Both the position numbers and the translations under genes were made by a program. The notes below the pieces were generated by a model. That model had not been told where the DNA came from and made no database searches. It saw only the letters and a list, made by a program, of their open reading frames with translations. 64,000 nt of DNA from a bacterium (GTDB taxonomy: Bacteria; UBA8248). Shown one piece after another: positions 10,912 to 21,482 of this stretch (positions are counted from its first letter, which is position 1; the number at the start of each line of letters is the position of its first letter). The stretch covers positions 96,001-160,000 of the forward strand of contig CBDBZY010000031.1 of the NCBI GenBank assembly GCA_965213685.1. Direction: 5' to 3'.

Positions 10912-10955
10912 TTGATTTCGTTTTATATTCGTTATACATTTCGCATTATATTCGT
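10912..10955 (+). promoter_or_regulatory. Sigma70-like promoter overlapped by tandem operator-like direct repeats, upstream of the comM-like gene
   Basis: TTGATT-17 nt-TACATT; ATTTCGnnTTATATTCGT at 10915-10932 and 10938-10955. Confidence 0.55.
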
Positions 10956-10982
10956 ATTCCACCACTCAAAACGGAGATCATC

Positions 10983-12517
10983 ATGCTGGCCAAGACCCAA
11001 GCAGCAGCTGTCCTGGGGCGTGGACGCCTATCCCGTTGACGTGGAGGTCGACCTCGCATCGGGACTGCCATACTACTCGACCGTCCGGACTGCCGGACGC
11101 CGCCGTGAAGGAGAGCAAGGACAGAATACGGGCCGCCATCGTCAACACGGGATTCATCTATCCGATGGGGCGCATCACCGTGAGCCTATCGCCCGCCGAC
11201 GTCCGCAAGGAGGGGAGCGCCTTCGACCTGCCCATCGCACTCTCGTTGCTGCGCGCGAACGGCGTGTTCGCGGCGCGCTCCCAGATGGAGGACGCGCTGC
11301 TGTTCCTCGGCGAGCTCGCACTCGACGGGTCCTTGCGGCCCATTCGCGGTGCGCTCAACATCGCCGTTCTCGCCAAGAAGATGGGCAAGCGCGGAATCGT
11401 CCTGCCGGCCGAGAACGCGCCCGAGGCCGCCGTCGTCGAGAAGCTCGAGGTCTATCCCGTGCACACGCTTCCGCAGGTGGTGGGGTTCATCCGGGAGGAA
11501 ATCGGCATCGCCACGGCGCGCTGTCAAAAGAACCTCGCCGAGAGAAAACCGGGGGAGGCGATTGATTTTTCCGACATCCGGGGCCAGCACCAGGCCAAGC
11601 GCTCCGTGGAGGTCGCGGCGGCGGGGTCGCACAACCTCCTGATGATAGGCCCGCCCGGCAGCGGAAAGAGCATGCTGGCGAAAAGGTTTCCCTCCATCCT
11701 GCCGCCGCTGTCTCTGGACGAGGCCATCGAAACGAGCCAGGTGTGGAGCGTGCTCGGCAAGCTCACGCACAACGACTCCCTGATCCGGGAGAGGCCCTTC
11801 CGCTCCCCCCACCACACCATCAGCGACGCCGGCCTCGTGGGCGGAGGCGCGGTGCCGCTGCCCGGAGAGGCTTCGCTCGCCCACAACGGCGTGCTGTTTC
11901 TGGACGAGTTGCCCGAGTTTCGGAAAAACGTGCTGGAATCCCTGCGCGGCCCGCTCGAGGACGGGACAATCACCATCAGCCGGGCGCAGGCGAGCCTCTC
12001 GTTTCCGGCGCGCTTCATGCTCACCGCGGCGATGAACCCCTGCAACTGCGGCCTGCGGGGGGACAGGGCGTGCACCTGCACCCCGAAGCAGGTGAGCCGA
12101 TACCGCTCCCGCATCTCGGGACCAATTCTCGACCGCATCGACATCCACATTCCCGTGCCGAGGGTGCCCTGGAAGGAGCTCGCCGAAGACGCCGGCGCCG
12201 AGAGTTCGCAGACGATCCGGAGTCGCGTCCTCGCCGCGCAGAAAATCCAGAAAGAGCGCCTCCAGGACCACCCGGGCGTCTACGCCAACGCCCACATGGG
12301 CCCCTCCCTCATCAACGAGCACTGCAAGCTCGAGGCCGAGGGCAGGCGCCTGCTCAAGCTGGCGGTGGAAAAACTGGGGCTCTCGGCGCGCGCCTATCAT
12401 CGCGTGCTGAAGGTGGCGCGGACGATCAGCGACCTGGCCGGCGAGCGGGACATCGCCCCCCAGCACGTGGCGGAGGCGGTGCAGTACCGGCAGCTGGACC
12501 GACAGATGGCCGGCTGA
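10983..12517 (+). CDS. comM: YifB/ComM Mg-chelatase-like AAA+ ATPase, two 5' frameshifts as assembled
   Basis: MLAKTQAAAVLG|VDAYPVDVEVDL|GLPDAAVKESKDRIR; GPPGSGKS, PFRSPHHT, GEASLAHNGVLFLDELPEF and LSARAYHRVLKVARTI motifs. Confidence 0.9.
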
Positions 12518-12617
12518 AAGCCGCATCGCCTGGAAAAAACGGGCGAGCCCTGATGATTCGTTGACGGCCCGACCGCCCCGTGACATATTGGGGCCGGAGA
12601 TAATGGGAGAGCGGCGG

Positions 12618-13439
12618 ATGCAGAAATGGTTGTGCCAAATCCATCATGGCGATTGCCTGGACGTGATGAGGCGCATCCCGCCCGACAGCGTCGATCTCAT
12701 CATTACCTCGCCGCCTTACGCCGATGCGCGGTCGCACACCTACGGCGGGGTCAAGCCGGATGAATACGTCACATGGTTTTGCGAGCGCGCCGACCAGATG
12801 CTCCGGATACTCAAGCCGAGCGGATCGTTCGTCCTGAACATCAAGGAAAAGGCGGTGGACGGCGAAAGGCATACGTATGTGCTCGAACTCATCCTCGCCC
12901 TCAAGCGGGACGTCGGCTTTCGCTGGGTGGAGGAATACATTTGGCACAAGACGACTTCCGCCCCCGGCAAATGGAAATACCGCTTCCGCGACGCCTGGGA
13001 GCGCATCATCCATTTCAGCAAAACCAAAGAAATCAAGATGCGCCAGGATGCGGTGAAAGTGCCCATCGGCGACTGGACGGAAAAGCGCCTCCGCAACATG
13101 AGCAAGAACGATCGCCAAAGGCAGGAGTCCGCCACCCAATCGAAAATCGGCCGCAGGATAGAGGCGTGGGAGGGGAGGGACACCGTGTATCCGTCCAACG
13201 TGCTGTATCGCCCGCCCGTTTGCCACAACACCGGCCACAGCGCGGCGTTTCCCGAATGGCTGCCGGAGTTTTTCATCCACCTGTTCACGGATACAGGCGA
13301 CGTCGTCCTCGATCCGTTCTCCGGCGGCGGGACGACGTTCAGGGTGGCGGAAAAGATGGGCCGCGCGCCCGTCGGCATAGAGATACGCGAAGAATACGCC
13401 CGCCCGGAATCCGACGCCCAGGCTCCCCTGTTCGGTTAG
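12618..13439 (+). CDS. Site-specific amino-DNA methyltransferase (beta class, probably N4-cytosine)
   Basis: ITSPPY motif IV; HSAAFPEWL; VLDPFSGGGTT motif I. Confidence 0.88.
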   Translation: MQKWLCQIHHGDCLDVMRRIPPDSVDLIITSPPYADARSHTYGGVKPDEYVTWFCERADQMLRILKPSGSFVLNIKEKAVDGERHTYVLELILALKRDVGFRWVEEYIWHKTTSAPGKWKYRFRDAWERIIHFSKTKEIKMRQDAVKVPIGDWTEKRLRNMSKNDRQRQESATQSKIGRRIEAWEGRDTVYPSNVLYRPPVCHNTGHSAAFPEWLPEFFIHLFTDTGDVVLDPFSGGGTTFRVAEKMGRAPVGIEIREEYARPESDAQAPLFG

Positions 13440-13454
13440 TCGCCGACCCCCGAA

Positions 13455-14099
13455 TTGCCCTGGCTCTCCCGGGAAGTTTTAGACCGGTCGGTGCGGACCT
13501 TGCTCCATGCATCCAACCAGGCGTTCGCCAAATCGGAAGAGCGGCTGAGAAAGAACGTCATCGACCCTTTTTCATCCATCGTCATCGCTTCGGTCCTGGA
13601 AATCGACACCTCCAGCGACCTCCTGGGCGCGCAGGCCTTGCGAACCACCATGGGCGGCATCTCCAACGCGGTCGGCGCGTTTCATCAAACCATCCTGGGC
13701 GCCGTTCCGGGATGGGCGGATCATGACTTCGGGTATGACCTGGAAAATCGGGAGCGGAGAACCCTCGCCGAAGTGAAGAACAAGCACAACACCATGAACG
13801 CGGCCAATCGCAAGCAGGTCATTGACGATCTGGAGACGGCGATCCGGCAAAAGGAGCGTGGGTGGACGGCGTATCTGGTTCAGATAGTGCCCAAGAAACC
13901 AGAACGCTTCAAAGAAAAACTGGTTCTCAACAGGCCGGTATATGAAATCGACGGGGCCAGTTTCTATGCACTGGCGACAGGCTCGCCAACCGCCCTTCAG
14001 GATGTATACGACGCGCTCGTGGAGTGCATCGGAGAGAAGTTGTCTGCTGATGTCAAGGCAGAGTGCAGGAGACTGTTCCGCGCCAGCATCCCCGCATAA
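13455..14099 (+). CDS. Eco47II-family type II restriction endonuclease
   Basis: NVIDPFS, SNAVGAFHQTILG, YDL...AEVKNKHNTMN (PD-ExK) and IDGASFYALATG motifs; adjacent to the MTase. Confidence 0.78.
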   Translation: MPWLSREVLDRSVRTLLHASNQAFAKSEERLRKNVIDPFSSIVIASVLEIDTSSDLLGAQALRTTMGGISNAVGAFHQTILGAVPGWADHDFGYDLENRERRTLAEVKNKHNTMNAANRKQVIDDLETAIRQKERGWTAYLVQIVPKKPERFKEKLVLNRPVYEIDGASFYALATGSPTALQDVYDALVECIGEKLSADVKAECRRLFRASIPA

Positions 14100-14332
14100 G
14101 GCCAATATCCCGAAAGCCGGGCGAGGCGCCGCCCACACCCATCGGGCAAGGCCTCCACACGGCGGCGATTCGGGGACGGCGCGCCGCCCACAGACCCGCC
14201 TCTCCCGGTCCCCGCCCCTGAGATTGACGCGCAACTCCCCTTGTTTGTATTTTCAAAAGCGCGCGGGACGCATGCCGGCTCGCCGGTTTTGGATTATACT
14301 GCCGCCATCTCTCACCATGGAGGCTTGCGAAC

Positions 14333-15448
14333 ATGGGGACGGAATACGCCTGGTTTCTCCCGTCCGCCAGGGCGGGCGACGGGCGCAGAATCAACGCCAG
14401 GACGCCGGAGCGGAAGCCCACCATCGAATATCTCTCCCGGGTGGCGAACGCCGCCGAGCGGGCCGGCTTCGTGAACCTCCTCGTGCCCACGGGCACCCAC
14501 TGCATGGACGCCTGGCTCGTGGCCGCGGGCGTGGCCCAGCACACGGAGCGGATCAAGTTCTGCGTGGCGTTCCGGCCGGGTCTCACCAGCCCCGTATTCG
14601 CCGCCCAGACGGCGAGCACGCTCGACGCCCTCACCGGCGGGCGCCTGACGCTCAACGTGGTCACCGGCTCGAGCCACGTGGAGCAGATGCGCTACGGGGA
14701 TCATCTCGCGCACGATGAGCGCTACGACAGGACGGAGGAGTTTCTCGACGTCGTCACCCGCCTGTGGAGCGGCGACGGCCCCCTCACCTACAAGGGGAAG
14801 TATTTCGACATCCGAGAAGCCGCCTTTTTCCCGATTCACCTCTCCAGGCCCTGGCCGCCCATCTATCTCGGCGGAAGCTCGGAGCCCGGCCGCCGGGTGG
14901 GGGCGCAGTACTCCGACGTCCACATGATGTACGCCGTGGACGTCGAGACCATCGCCAAGGACGTGCGCGACATGCGGGAGCGCGCCGCGGCGTTCGGGCG
15001 GGAGGACGCGATAAAGTTCGGCGTCCGGATGCACGTCGTCTGCCGCGAGAGCAAGGCGGAGGCGAGAAAGGCGGCGGAGGCGCTCATCGAGGGGAGCGAC
15101 CTCTCGAACGTGCAGGCGTGGATCGACATGAAGACCCGAACGGAGAGCACCGGCCAGACGCGCGTCAACGAGCTGGCACAGGGCGAATCGCTCTGGATCA
15201 CCGACACCATGTGGATGGGCGTGAACACCGTGCGCGCGGGGGCGGGCGCCTCGCTGGTGGGCACGCCCGAGATGATCGCCAAGGCGCTCCGGGAGTATGT
15301 AGACGTGGGCGTCCATACGTTCATCCTCTCCGGATGGCCGCACGTCGAGGAGGTGGAGATATTCGGACGCGAGGTCATGCCGCTCCTCCAGGAGACCGGA
15401 CCCCTCACCCTCGCGCCGCCCCTGCCCGCGCTCGCCGCGTACGATTGA
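14333..15448 (+). CDS. LLM-class flavin-dependent monooxygenase (SsuD/MsuD-like)
   Basis: LLVPTGTHCMDAW, VAFRPG, GGRLTLNVVTG, HDERYDRTEEFL and TFILSGWPHVEE motifs. Confidence 0.85.
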   Translation: MGTEYAWFLPSARAGDGRRINARTPERKPTIEYLSRVANAAERAGFVNLLVPTGTHCMDAWLVAAGVAQHTERIKFCVAFRPGLTSPVFAAQTASTLDALTGGRLTLNVVTGSSHVEQMRYGDHLAHDERYDRTEEFLDVVTRLWSGDGPLTYKGKYFDIREAAFFPIHLSRPWPPIYLGGSSEPGRRVGAQYSDVHMMYAVDVETIAKDVRDMRERAAAFGREDAIKFGVRMHVVCRESKAEARKAAEALIEGSDLSNVQAWIDMKTRTESTGQTRVNELAQGESLWITDTMWMGVNTVRAGAGASLVGTPEMIAKALREYVDVGVHTFILSGWPHVEEVEIFGREVMPLLQETGPLTLAPPLPALAAYD

Positions 15449-15493
15449 CGGGAGCGGGCGCGCCGCCGCAACGAGAAAAGAGGAAAGTCCCGG

Positions 15494-16672
15494 ATGAACA
15501 GCCCCGCCGACGCCCTTTGCGCCGAATCCCGAAAATGGGTGGACCTCGCCGAATCCCTCGCCCGGGAGAAGTTCGCCCCGCGCGCCAAGACGATTGACGA
15601 GGAAGCGCGCTTCCCCGCCGAGAACTACGAGGACCTGGCCGACGCCGGCCTGCTCGCCCTCATGGTGCCCAGGGAATTCGGCGGCATCGGGGCGGACTCG
15701 CTCACCTACGTCACGGTGCTCTCCAGGATCGCGAAAGGGTGCGCCTCCACCGGCCTCACGTTCAACATGCACTGCGCCGTGGTGGACTTTCTGGGCCAAA
15801 TCGCCTCGGACGAGCAGATGGCGCGCTACTTCTCCGAGGTGGTGCGCGAGGGCGCCGTCTTCGCCTCCATCACGAGCGAGCCGGGCAGCTCTTTCCGGGA
15901 CAAGCTGGCGGTTCGCACCTCCATACGACGGGAGGACGGCGCCTATCGCATTCACGGCAAAAAGCATTTTTGCTCCCTCTCCACCGGCGCGACCTACTAC
16001 TTCACCTGGAGCTATCTCGACGGGGCGGAGAGCCTCCGGGACGGCCTCCTGAACGTGATGATCCCCTCGAAGCGGGAAAACATCGAGATCATCGACGACT
16101 GGCACGCCATCGGCATGCGGGGCACCGCGTCCAACTCCCTGATGTTTCACGACGTCGCCGTGCGGCCGGAGGAGATCATCGGGGCGCCGGGCAGCATCTT
16201 GGGCAAGGACATGAGCATGTGGTCCCTCGGCTACACGGCCGTCTACATCGGCATCGCGGAGGCGGCGTATCAATTCACGGTGGATTACGTGAAAAGAGCG
16301 AAGTCGGGGCTGGGGGTTCCGCTCGGGGAGCTGGACAGAACGCAGCGCCAGATTGGCGAGATGGCCATGCTCCTCGAGAACGCGCGGCGCGCGGCGGAGA
16401 AGCTGGGCGCGCTGCGGGGAAACCTCGGAAAAATGGAGTTGACGTTCATCCTCAACCAGGCGAAGTTCCTGGCGACCGAGGCCGCGAAAGAACTCGCCGA
16501 GCAGGGAATCCGCCTCTGCGGGGGGCGCGGGCTTCACCGCTCCCTGCCGCTCGAGCGGCACCTCAGAGACGCGGTGGCCGGCCTCGTCATGCCGCCCGCC
16601 AACGACAGGTGCCTCGAAACCATCGGACAAATCGCCCTCGGGGGCGAGGCGAAAACGCTGGACTTTCAATAG
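15494..16672 (+). CDS. Acyl-CoA dehydrogenase-fold flavoprotein (DszC/SfnB-like)
   Basis: VPREFGG, GKKHFCS, DDWHAIGMRGTASNS and PLERHLRDA motifs. Confidence 0.8.
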   Translation: MNSPADALCAESRKWVDLAESLAREKFAPRAKTIDEEARFPAENYEDLADAGLLALMVPREFGGIGADSLTYVTVLSRIAKGCASTGLTFNMHCAVVDFLGQIASDEQMARYFSEVVREGAVFASITSEPGSSFRDKLAVRTSIRREDGAYRIHGKKHFCSLSTGATYYFTWSYLDGAESLRDGLLNVMIPSKRENIEIIDDWHAIGMRGTASNSLMFHDVAVRPEEIIGAPGSILGKDMSMWSLGYTAVYIGIAEAAYQFTVDYVKRAKSGLGVPLGELDRTQRQIGEMAMLLENARRAAEKLGALRGNLGKMELTFILNQAKFLATEAAKELAEQGIRLCGGRGLHRSLPLERHLRDAVAGLVMPPANDRCLETIGQIALGGEAKTLDFQ

Positions 16673-16682
16673 GGGCGCGGCC

Positions 16683-18239
16683 CTACTCCCTGACCCGCGC
16701 CCGTCCGGTGCGGCGCGAATCCCCAAAGGCGGCGAGGCGCCCGCCGTCGCCCATCTCCACGGCGTGCACGCCGCCGAAGAAGTGGTGGGGATGCGCGCGC
16801 GGGGCCACCTCGAAGCCGGCCTCCCGCGCGCGTCGCAACACCGCACCCTCCATCCCCTCCTCCACGTGGAGGGGGCCGACGTCCAGGTGCATCCGGGGAG
16901 CTTCCACCGCTTCTTCCAGCGGCATTTTCCGGTAGAGCAGGTTCAGCATGACCTGGGCCACCGCGGTGGGGATGCGGTAGGAGCCGGGACTGCCGATCGC
17001 CAGGCGCAACCGCTCCCCCTCGAACACGAGGGTGGGGGCGTAGCCCGCCATGGGACGCTTGCCCGCACCCAGAGAGTTCGCGCGTCCCGGGCGGGGGTCC
17101 ATCCAGTTCGTGTGGTTGTTCAGAAGCACCCCCGTGCCCGGAGGCACGACGCCCGCACCCCACGCCATGCCCAGCGTCTGCGTGTGGCAAACCAGGTTGC
17201 CCGCGGCGTCGGCGACCGTGAAATGGGTGGTGGAGCCCGGCTCCGCGTCGTGGAGGTGCGCGTCAGGTGCGCGCGCGTCCGCCATCGCGGCGGCGGCGTA
17301 TTCCTTGCTCAGCAGACGCTCCACCGGCATGTCGCAGTAATGGGGGTCGCCATAGACAGAGAACCTGTCGCGAAACGCGGCGCGCATGGCGCGGGCGAAC
17401 GCCAGGCCGCGCGCGGGCTCATCCGCGTCGCTCCACCCGGGCAGCAGCGCTTCGAGAAAATTCAGTATCTGAATGAGCAGCAGGCCGGAGGAGGGGGGCG
17501 GTGCCGTGAGAAAACGATGCCTTTGATAGGTCGAGGCGAGCGGCGCCATCCACCGCACCCGGTAGCGCCTGAGGTCGGCTACGTCCAGATAGCCCCCGCC
17601 GCGCAACACCTCCTCCGCGATGGCCTCCGCGAGCGCGCCCTCATACAAGGCGGCGGCGCCTCTCTCGGCCACCGCGCGCAGCGTTCTCGCCAAATCCGGC
17701 TGACGGAGGCGCGCCCCCTCCCCGAGCGGGGCACCGCCTGCCGAGTGAATCTCCGCGAGGGCCGGGCAATGGTCGCAAAGGCTCCTGAAGCGCGGCCCCT
17801 CCTGCTGGAGGCGATGGAAGCGTCCGACGGCAAAGCCCTCCTCCGCCAGGCGAATCGCACTCTCGAACAAATCGCCCCAGGGCCTGCGTCCATATTCCCG
17901 ATGCATCGCCTCGAGTCCGCGCGCAAGCCCCGGAATCAGGATGGCGCGATGGCCGCGGCTGTGCGCCTCGCCCGCGTGCTTTCCGCTCTCGTCGCAAGCG
18001 AAAACGCCGGGCTCCATACCGACGGGGCACTGGTTGCCAAAATCGACGACCCGCGCCTTTTTCTCCTGCGCGCGCCAGATGAGCGAGACGCCGCCGCCGC
18101 CGAGGCCGGAGTAAAAAGGCTCCGCCACGCCGAGCGTCAGGGAGACGGCCACCGCCGCGTCGCAGGCGTCGCCCCCCTCTTCCATGACGCGCAAGCCCGC
18201 CTCCACCGCCTCCTCATGGGCGGCCGCCACCGCGAACAT
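16683..18239 (-). CDS. ggt: Gamma-glutamyltransferase family protein
   Basis: DAAVAVSLTLGVAEPFYSGLGGGG; autoproteolysis site STTHFTVAD; GVLLNN; GKRP. Confidence 0.9.
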   Translation of the reverse strand: MFAVAAAHEEAVEAGLRVMEEGGDACDAAVAVSLTLGVAEPFYSGLGGGGVSLIWRAQEKKARVVDFGNQCPVGMEPGVFACDESGKHAGEAHSRGHRAILIPGLARGLEAMHREYGRRPWGDLFESAIRLAEEGFAVGRFHRLQQEGPRFRSLCDHCPALAEIHSAGGAPLGEGARLRQPDLARTLRAVAERGAAALYEGALAEAIAEEVLRGGGYLDVADLRRYRVRWMAPLASTYQRHRFLTAPPPSSGLLLIQILNFLEALLPGWSDADEPARGLAFARAMRAAFRDRFSVYGDPHYCDMPVERLLSKEYAAAAMADARAPDAHLHDAEPGSTTHFTVADAAGNLVCHTQTLGMAWGAGVVPPGTGVLLNNHTNWMDPRPGRANSLGAGKRPMAGYAPTLVFEGERLRLAIGSPGSYRIPTAVAQVMLNLLYRKMPLEEAVEAPRMHLDVGPLHVEEGMEGAVLRRAREAGFEVAPRAHPHHFFGGVHAVEMGDGGRLAAFGDSRRTGRARVRE

Positions 18240-18427
18240 GGGAACTCCTCTCGCATTTTCGGGGCACGCCGTTTGGGGGAGGATTATACGCGCACGCCTA
18301 TCGCCCGCTTCGCCGGGAAGCTCCCTCCCTTCCCGTGGCCCGGTCCGCTCGCGTTTGCCAGCACCGAGGGGGGGAGAGAGGGGGGAACGTTTCCGGTGGC
18401 GCGCCCAGACGAGGGGGGGATTTTATT

Positions 18428-18526
18428 TCATTTCTTGGGATAAATGCCGAAGGGGTCCTTCAGCACCACCCTCCACACGAAGACGAGGACGGCCAGCCCC
18501 AATATGACGAGTCCCAGCGTTTCCAT
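18428..18526 (-). CDS. 32-aa single-pass membrane microprotein
   Basis: METLGLVILGLAVLVFVWRVVLKDPFGIYPKK; GGGGAG RBS about 10 nt upstream; below the ORF-track size cutoff. Confidence 0.55.
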   Translation of the reverse strand: METLGLVILGLAVLVFVWRVVLKDPFGIYPKK

Positions 18527-18558
18527 TCGGAATCGACTCCCCATGCGCAGGAGGAAAC

Positions 18559-18635
18559 TGGTGGGCCGCCGGGGAATCGAACCCCGAACCCACGGATTAA
18601 GAGTCCGTTGCTCTGCCTAGTTGAGCTAGCGACCC
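18559..18635 (-). tRNA. tRNA-Lys(CTT)
   Basis: GGGTCGCTAGCTCAA...ACGGA-CT-CTT-AA-TCCGT...GGTTCGATTCC...CCA. Confidence 0.96.
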
Positions 18636-18646
18636 GCCCAGTGCAA

Positions 18647-18723
18647 TGGCACGCCCGGTAGGACTCGAACCTACAACCTTCGGATCCGAAGTCCGACGCT
18701 CTGTCCAGTTGAGCTACGGGCGC
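18647..18723 (-). tRNA. tRNA-Arg(TCG)
   Basis: GCGCCCGTAGCTCAA...TCGGA-CT-TCG-GA-TCCGA...GGTTCGAGTCC...CCA. Confidence 0.95.
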
Positions 18724-18781
18724 CCGCTATGCGCCGGCCTTTGCCGGAAACCGCGCTTCCTTCGGAAAAACATCAGCAATC

Positions 18782-18858
18782 TGGGGTGAGTGAGGGGATT
18801 TGAACCCCCGACCTCCGGGGCCACAACCCGGCGCTCTAACCGCTGAGCTACACCCACC
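18782..18858 (-). tRNA. tRNA-His(GTG) with G-1
   Basis: GGTGGGTGTAGCTCAG...CCGGG-TT-GTG-GC-CCCGG...GGTTCAAATCC...CCCCA. Confidence 0.96.
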
Positions 18859-18911
18859 GCGTCCCCTGGCGCCCCTCGCGCGCGCGTGGCTCCGCACTCG
18901 GGGAGAAGACG

Positions 18912-19702
<791 letters not shown>

Positions 19703-19812
19703 GAACCAGCTCCTCCATATTCACGTTCGCGCGCTTTTTTCTCATATCGCTCGGTTCATGGCAAATCCCACTCCCGGGACGTTCCCCGTATCCATCGCGC
19801 CGCTCCGGAGGC

Positions 19813-20704
19813 CTACTCCCCCTCGAAGGGCTTTCTGCGCACCCTGCCCTCGCCCACCAGGGCCGCCTTCATGAGCAGAACCAGGACGTTGGTTCTGGGG
19901 ATGAGGTGGATGAAGCGGTCGAGCTTCTGATCGATCCGGTCGATCTCGCCCTCGGAGAGGCCGAGCCCCGCCGCCCGCTGCCTGCTCAAATCCACCGCGA
20001 ACGGAAACTCCTGGGCCGCGGCCGCGGCGGCGCCCTGGGCCTGGGTGACGGTGATGCGAAAGCCCGGCTTCGCCATCTCCTCTTTCAGGAAGGGCCAGAC
20101 CCGCTCCAGGAAGGGGGGATGATGGGCAAGGGCGCGCCAGACGCTGCCCAGCCCCCCGGTCGCCGCGCCGATCTCCCGGTACAGGGCGGCGAGGGCGTCC
20201 TCGGCGGCGGCCGGGTCCGCCAGGGTTTCGGTGCGCATCGAAACCGGCGGCCCCCTTGGGCAACTCGTCCAGGTCCGCATCCGCGCCCGGGCGGACGCCG
20301 CCTACCCGCACGCCGTTCAGCGCCCCCTTCAAGGCGGCCACGAGGATGAGGTTCTTGGGGTTCGCGTCGTTATACACGTCCAGAACGCCATCTATCGCGT
20401 CGATATCCTCCGGCGCGTAGCCACAATCGTCCTCGAGCTCCTCTCCCACGCTCGGGACGTCCGGCGGCATGGGCGGGGCCATCCGCATCCGCAGATTGTC
20501 GGCGCAACGCTCGAAATACGCGATGGAGGCGTTGGGCCGCAGCGCCTCCCAGGCCGCGCGAAAGTAGGGCGCATGCACGGCGAGGGCGCGATAGACGAGG
20601 TTCACCTGGGTGCTGCGGAGCACCTGCCGCACCTCCGCGTATATCGCCGCGATTTCCCCCGCGGCGCGATCCTCCGCGATTTCCTCCAAGGCGATGGGTT
20701 CCAT
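19813..20704 (-). CDS. DehI-family (group I halocarboxylic acid dehalogenase-like) protein, frameshift near 20251-20255
   Basis: Two similar halves (AGEIAAIYAEVRQ..VNLVYRALAVHAPYFRAAW / LAALYREI..SVWRALAHHPPFLERVW); YNDANPKNL. Confidence 0.65.
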
Positions 20705-20870
20705 GGCACTCCCCCCCGGCCGGGCGCGTGCGAGACGAAGGCGCAGACGGCGCGCCGCCGCCCGCATCGCCCGGAGTATAGGGGCGGGCGGAGGACGGGA
20801 CAAGGCGGCTGCGCCCCAAAAATCCGGCGGTTTTCTCGCCGAAGGCCTTGCGCTTCGGAGCGAGGCGCCA

Positions 20871-20913
20871 TATACTTGATTTGCTCAAATGTTGATGGTT
20901 GACACATTTGAGC
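20871..20913. promoter_or_regulatory. Palindromic operator upstream of the MarR-permease operon
   Basis: GCTCAAATGT-N11-ACATTTGAGC (20883-20913), overlapped by ATACTTGA-N5-TCAAATGT. Confidence 0.65.
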
Positions 20914-20996
20914 TGCCGGACAAAAAAGCGCGGGCATTCTTGACGACGCCCCCCGCCGCGAAGCGAATCGACAGCCGCCCGGAGGATTCCGTGAGG

Positions 20997-21482
20997 ATGC
21001 GCCCGACGACGCGAACCGATGGCGAGTGCGCCGCGCCCAGCGTCCGCAGCCTCGGCGCGCGCCTGCACGTGGCGCTCGACAATCTTTTCTCCCAGAAAAA
21101 ACCGGGCGCACGGCAGGCGGTGTGCTGCCACCACATCACCAACACCCAGTGGACGCTCCTCCACCTGCTCGCCGACGCGGGGGCAGCGCCCCTCTCCATG
21201 GGGGAGATCGCCAAAAGCACGCGCCTCACGCCGAGCGGGGTCACGCGCTGTGCGGACCCGCTGGTCGGGCGCGGGCTGGTCGAGCGCGTCATGCAGGAGG
21301 GCGACCGCCGCGTGTGCTGCCTGCGCCTGAGCGCGGAGGGCGCCGCGCTTCACGAGACCATCCTGAAAGGCTGCGCGGTCGAGGACGGCGCCCTTCTGTC
21401 CGCGTTCTCCCCCGATGAGCGGGAGGAGATCGTCCGCGCGGTAGAAAAACTCGCGCGCGCCGCCAGGGAGACGCCCCCATGA
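20997..21482 (+). CDS. MarR-family transcriptional regulator, Cys-rich
   Basis: ITNTQWTLL, SMGEIAK...LTPSGVTRCADPLVGRGLVER, GDRRV wing; vicinal CC pairs. Confidence 0.82.
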   Translation: MRPTTRTDGECAAPSVRSLGARLHVALDNLFSQKKPGARQAVCCHHITNTQWTLLHLLADAGAAPLSMGEIAKSTRLTPSGVTRCADPLVGRGLVERVMQEGDRRVCCLRLSAEGAALHETILKGCAVEDGALLSAFSPDEREEIVRAVEKLARAARETPP

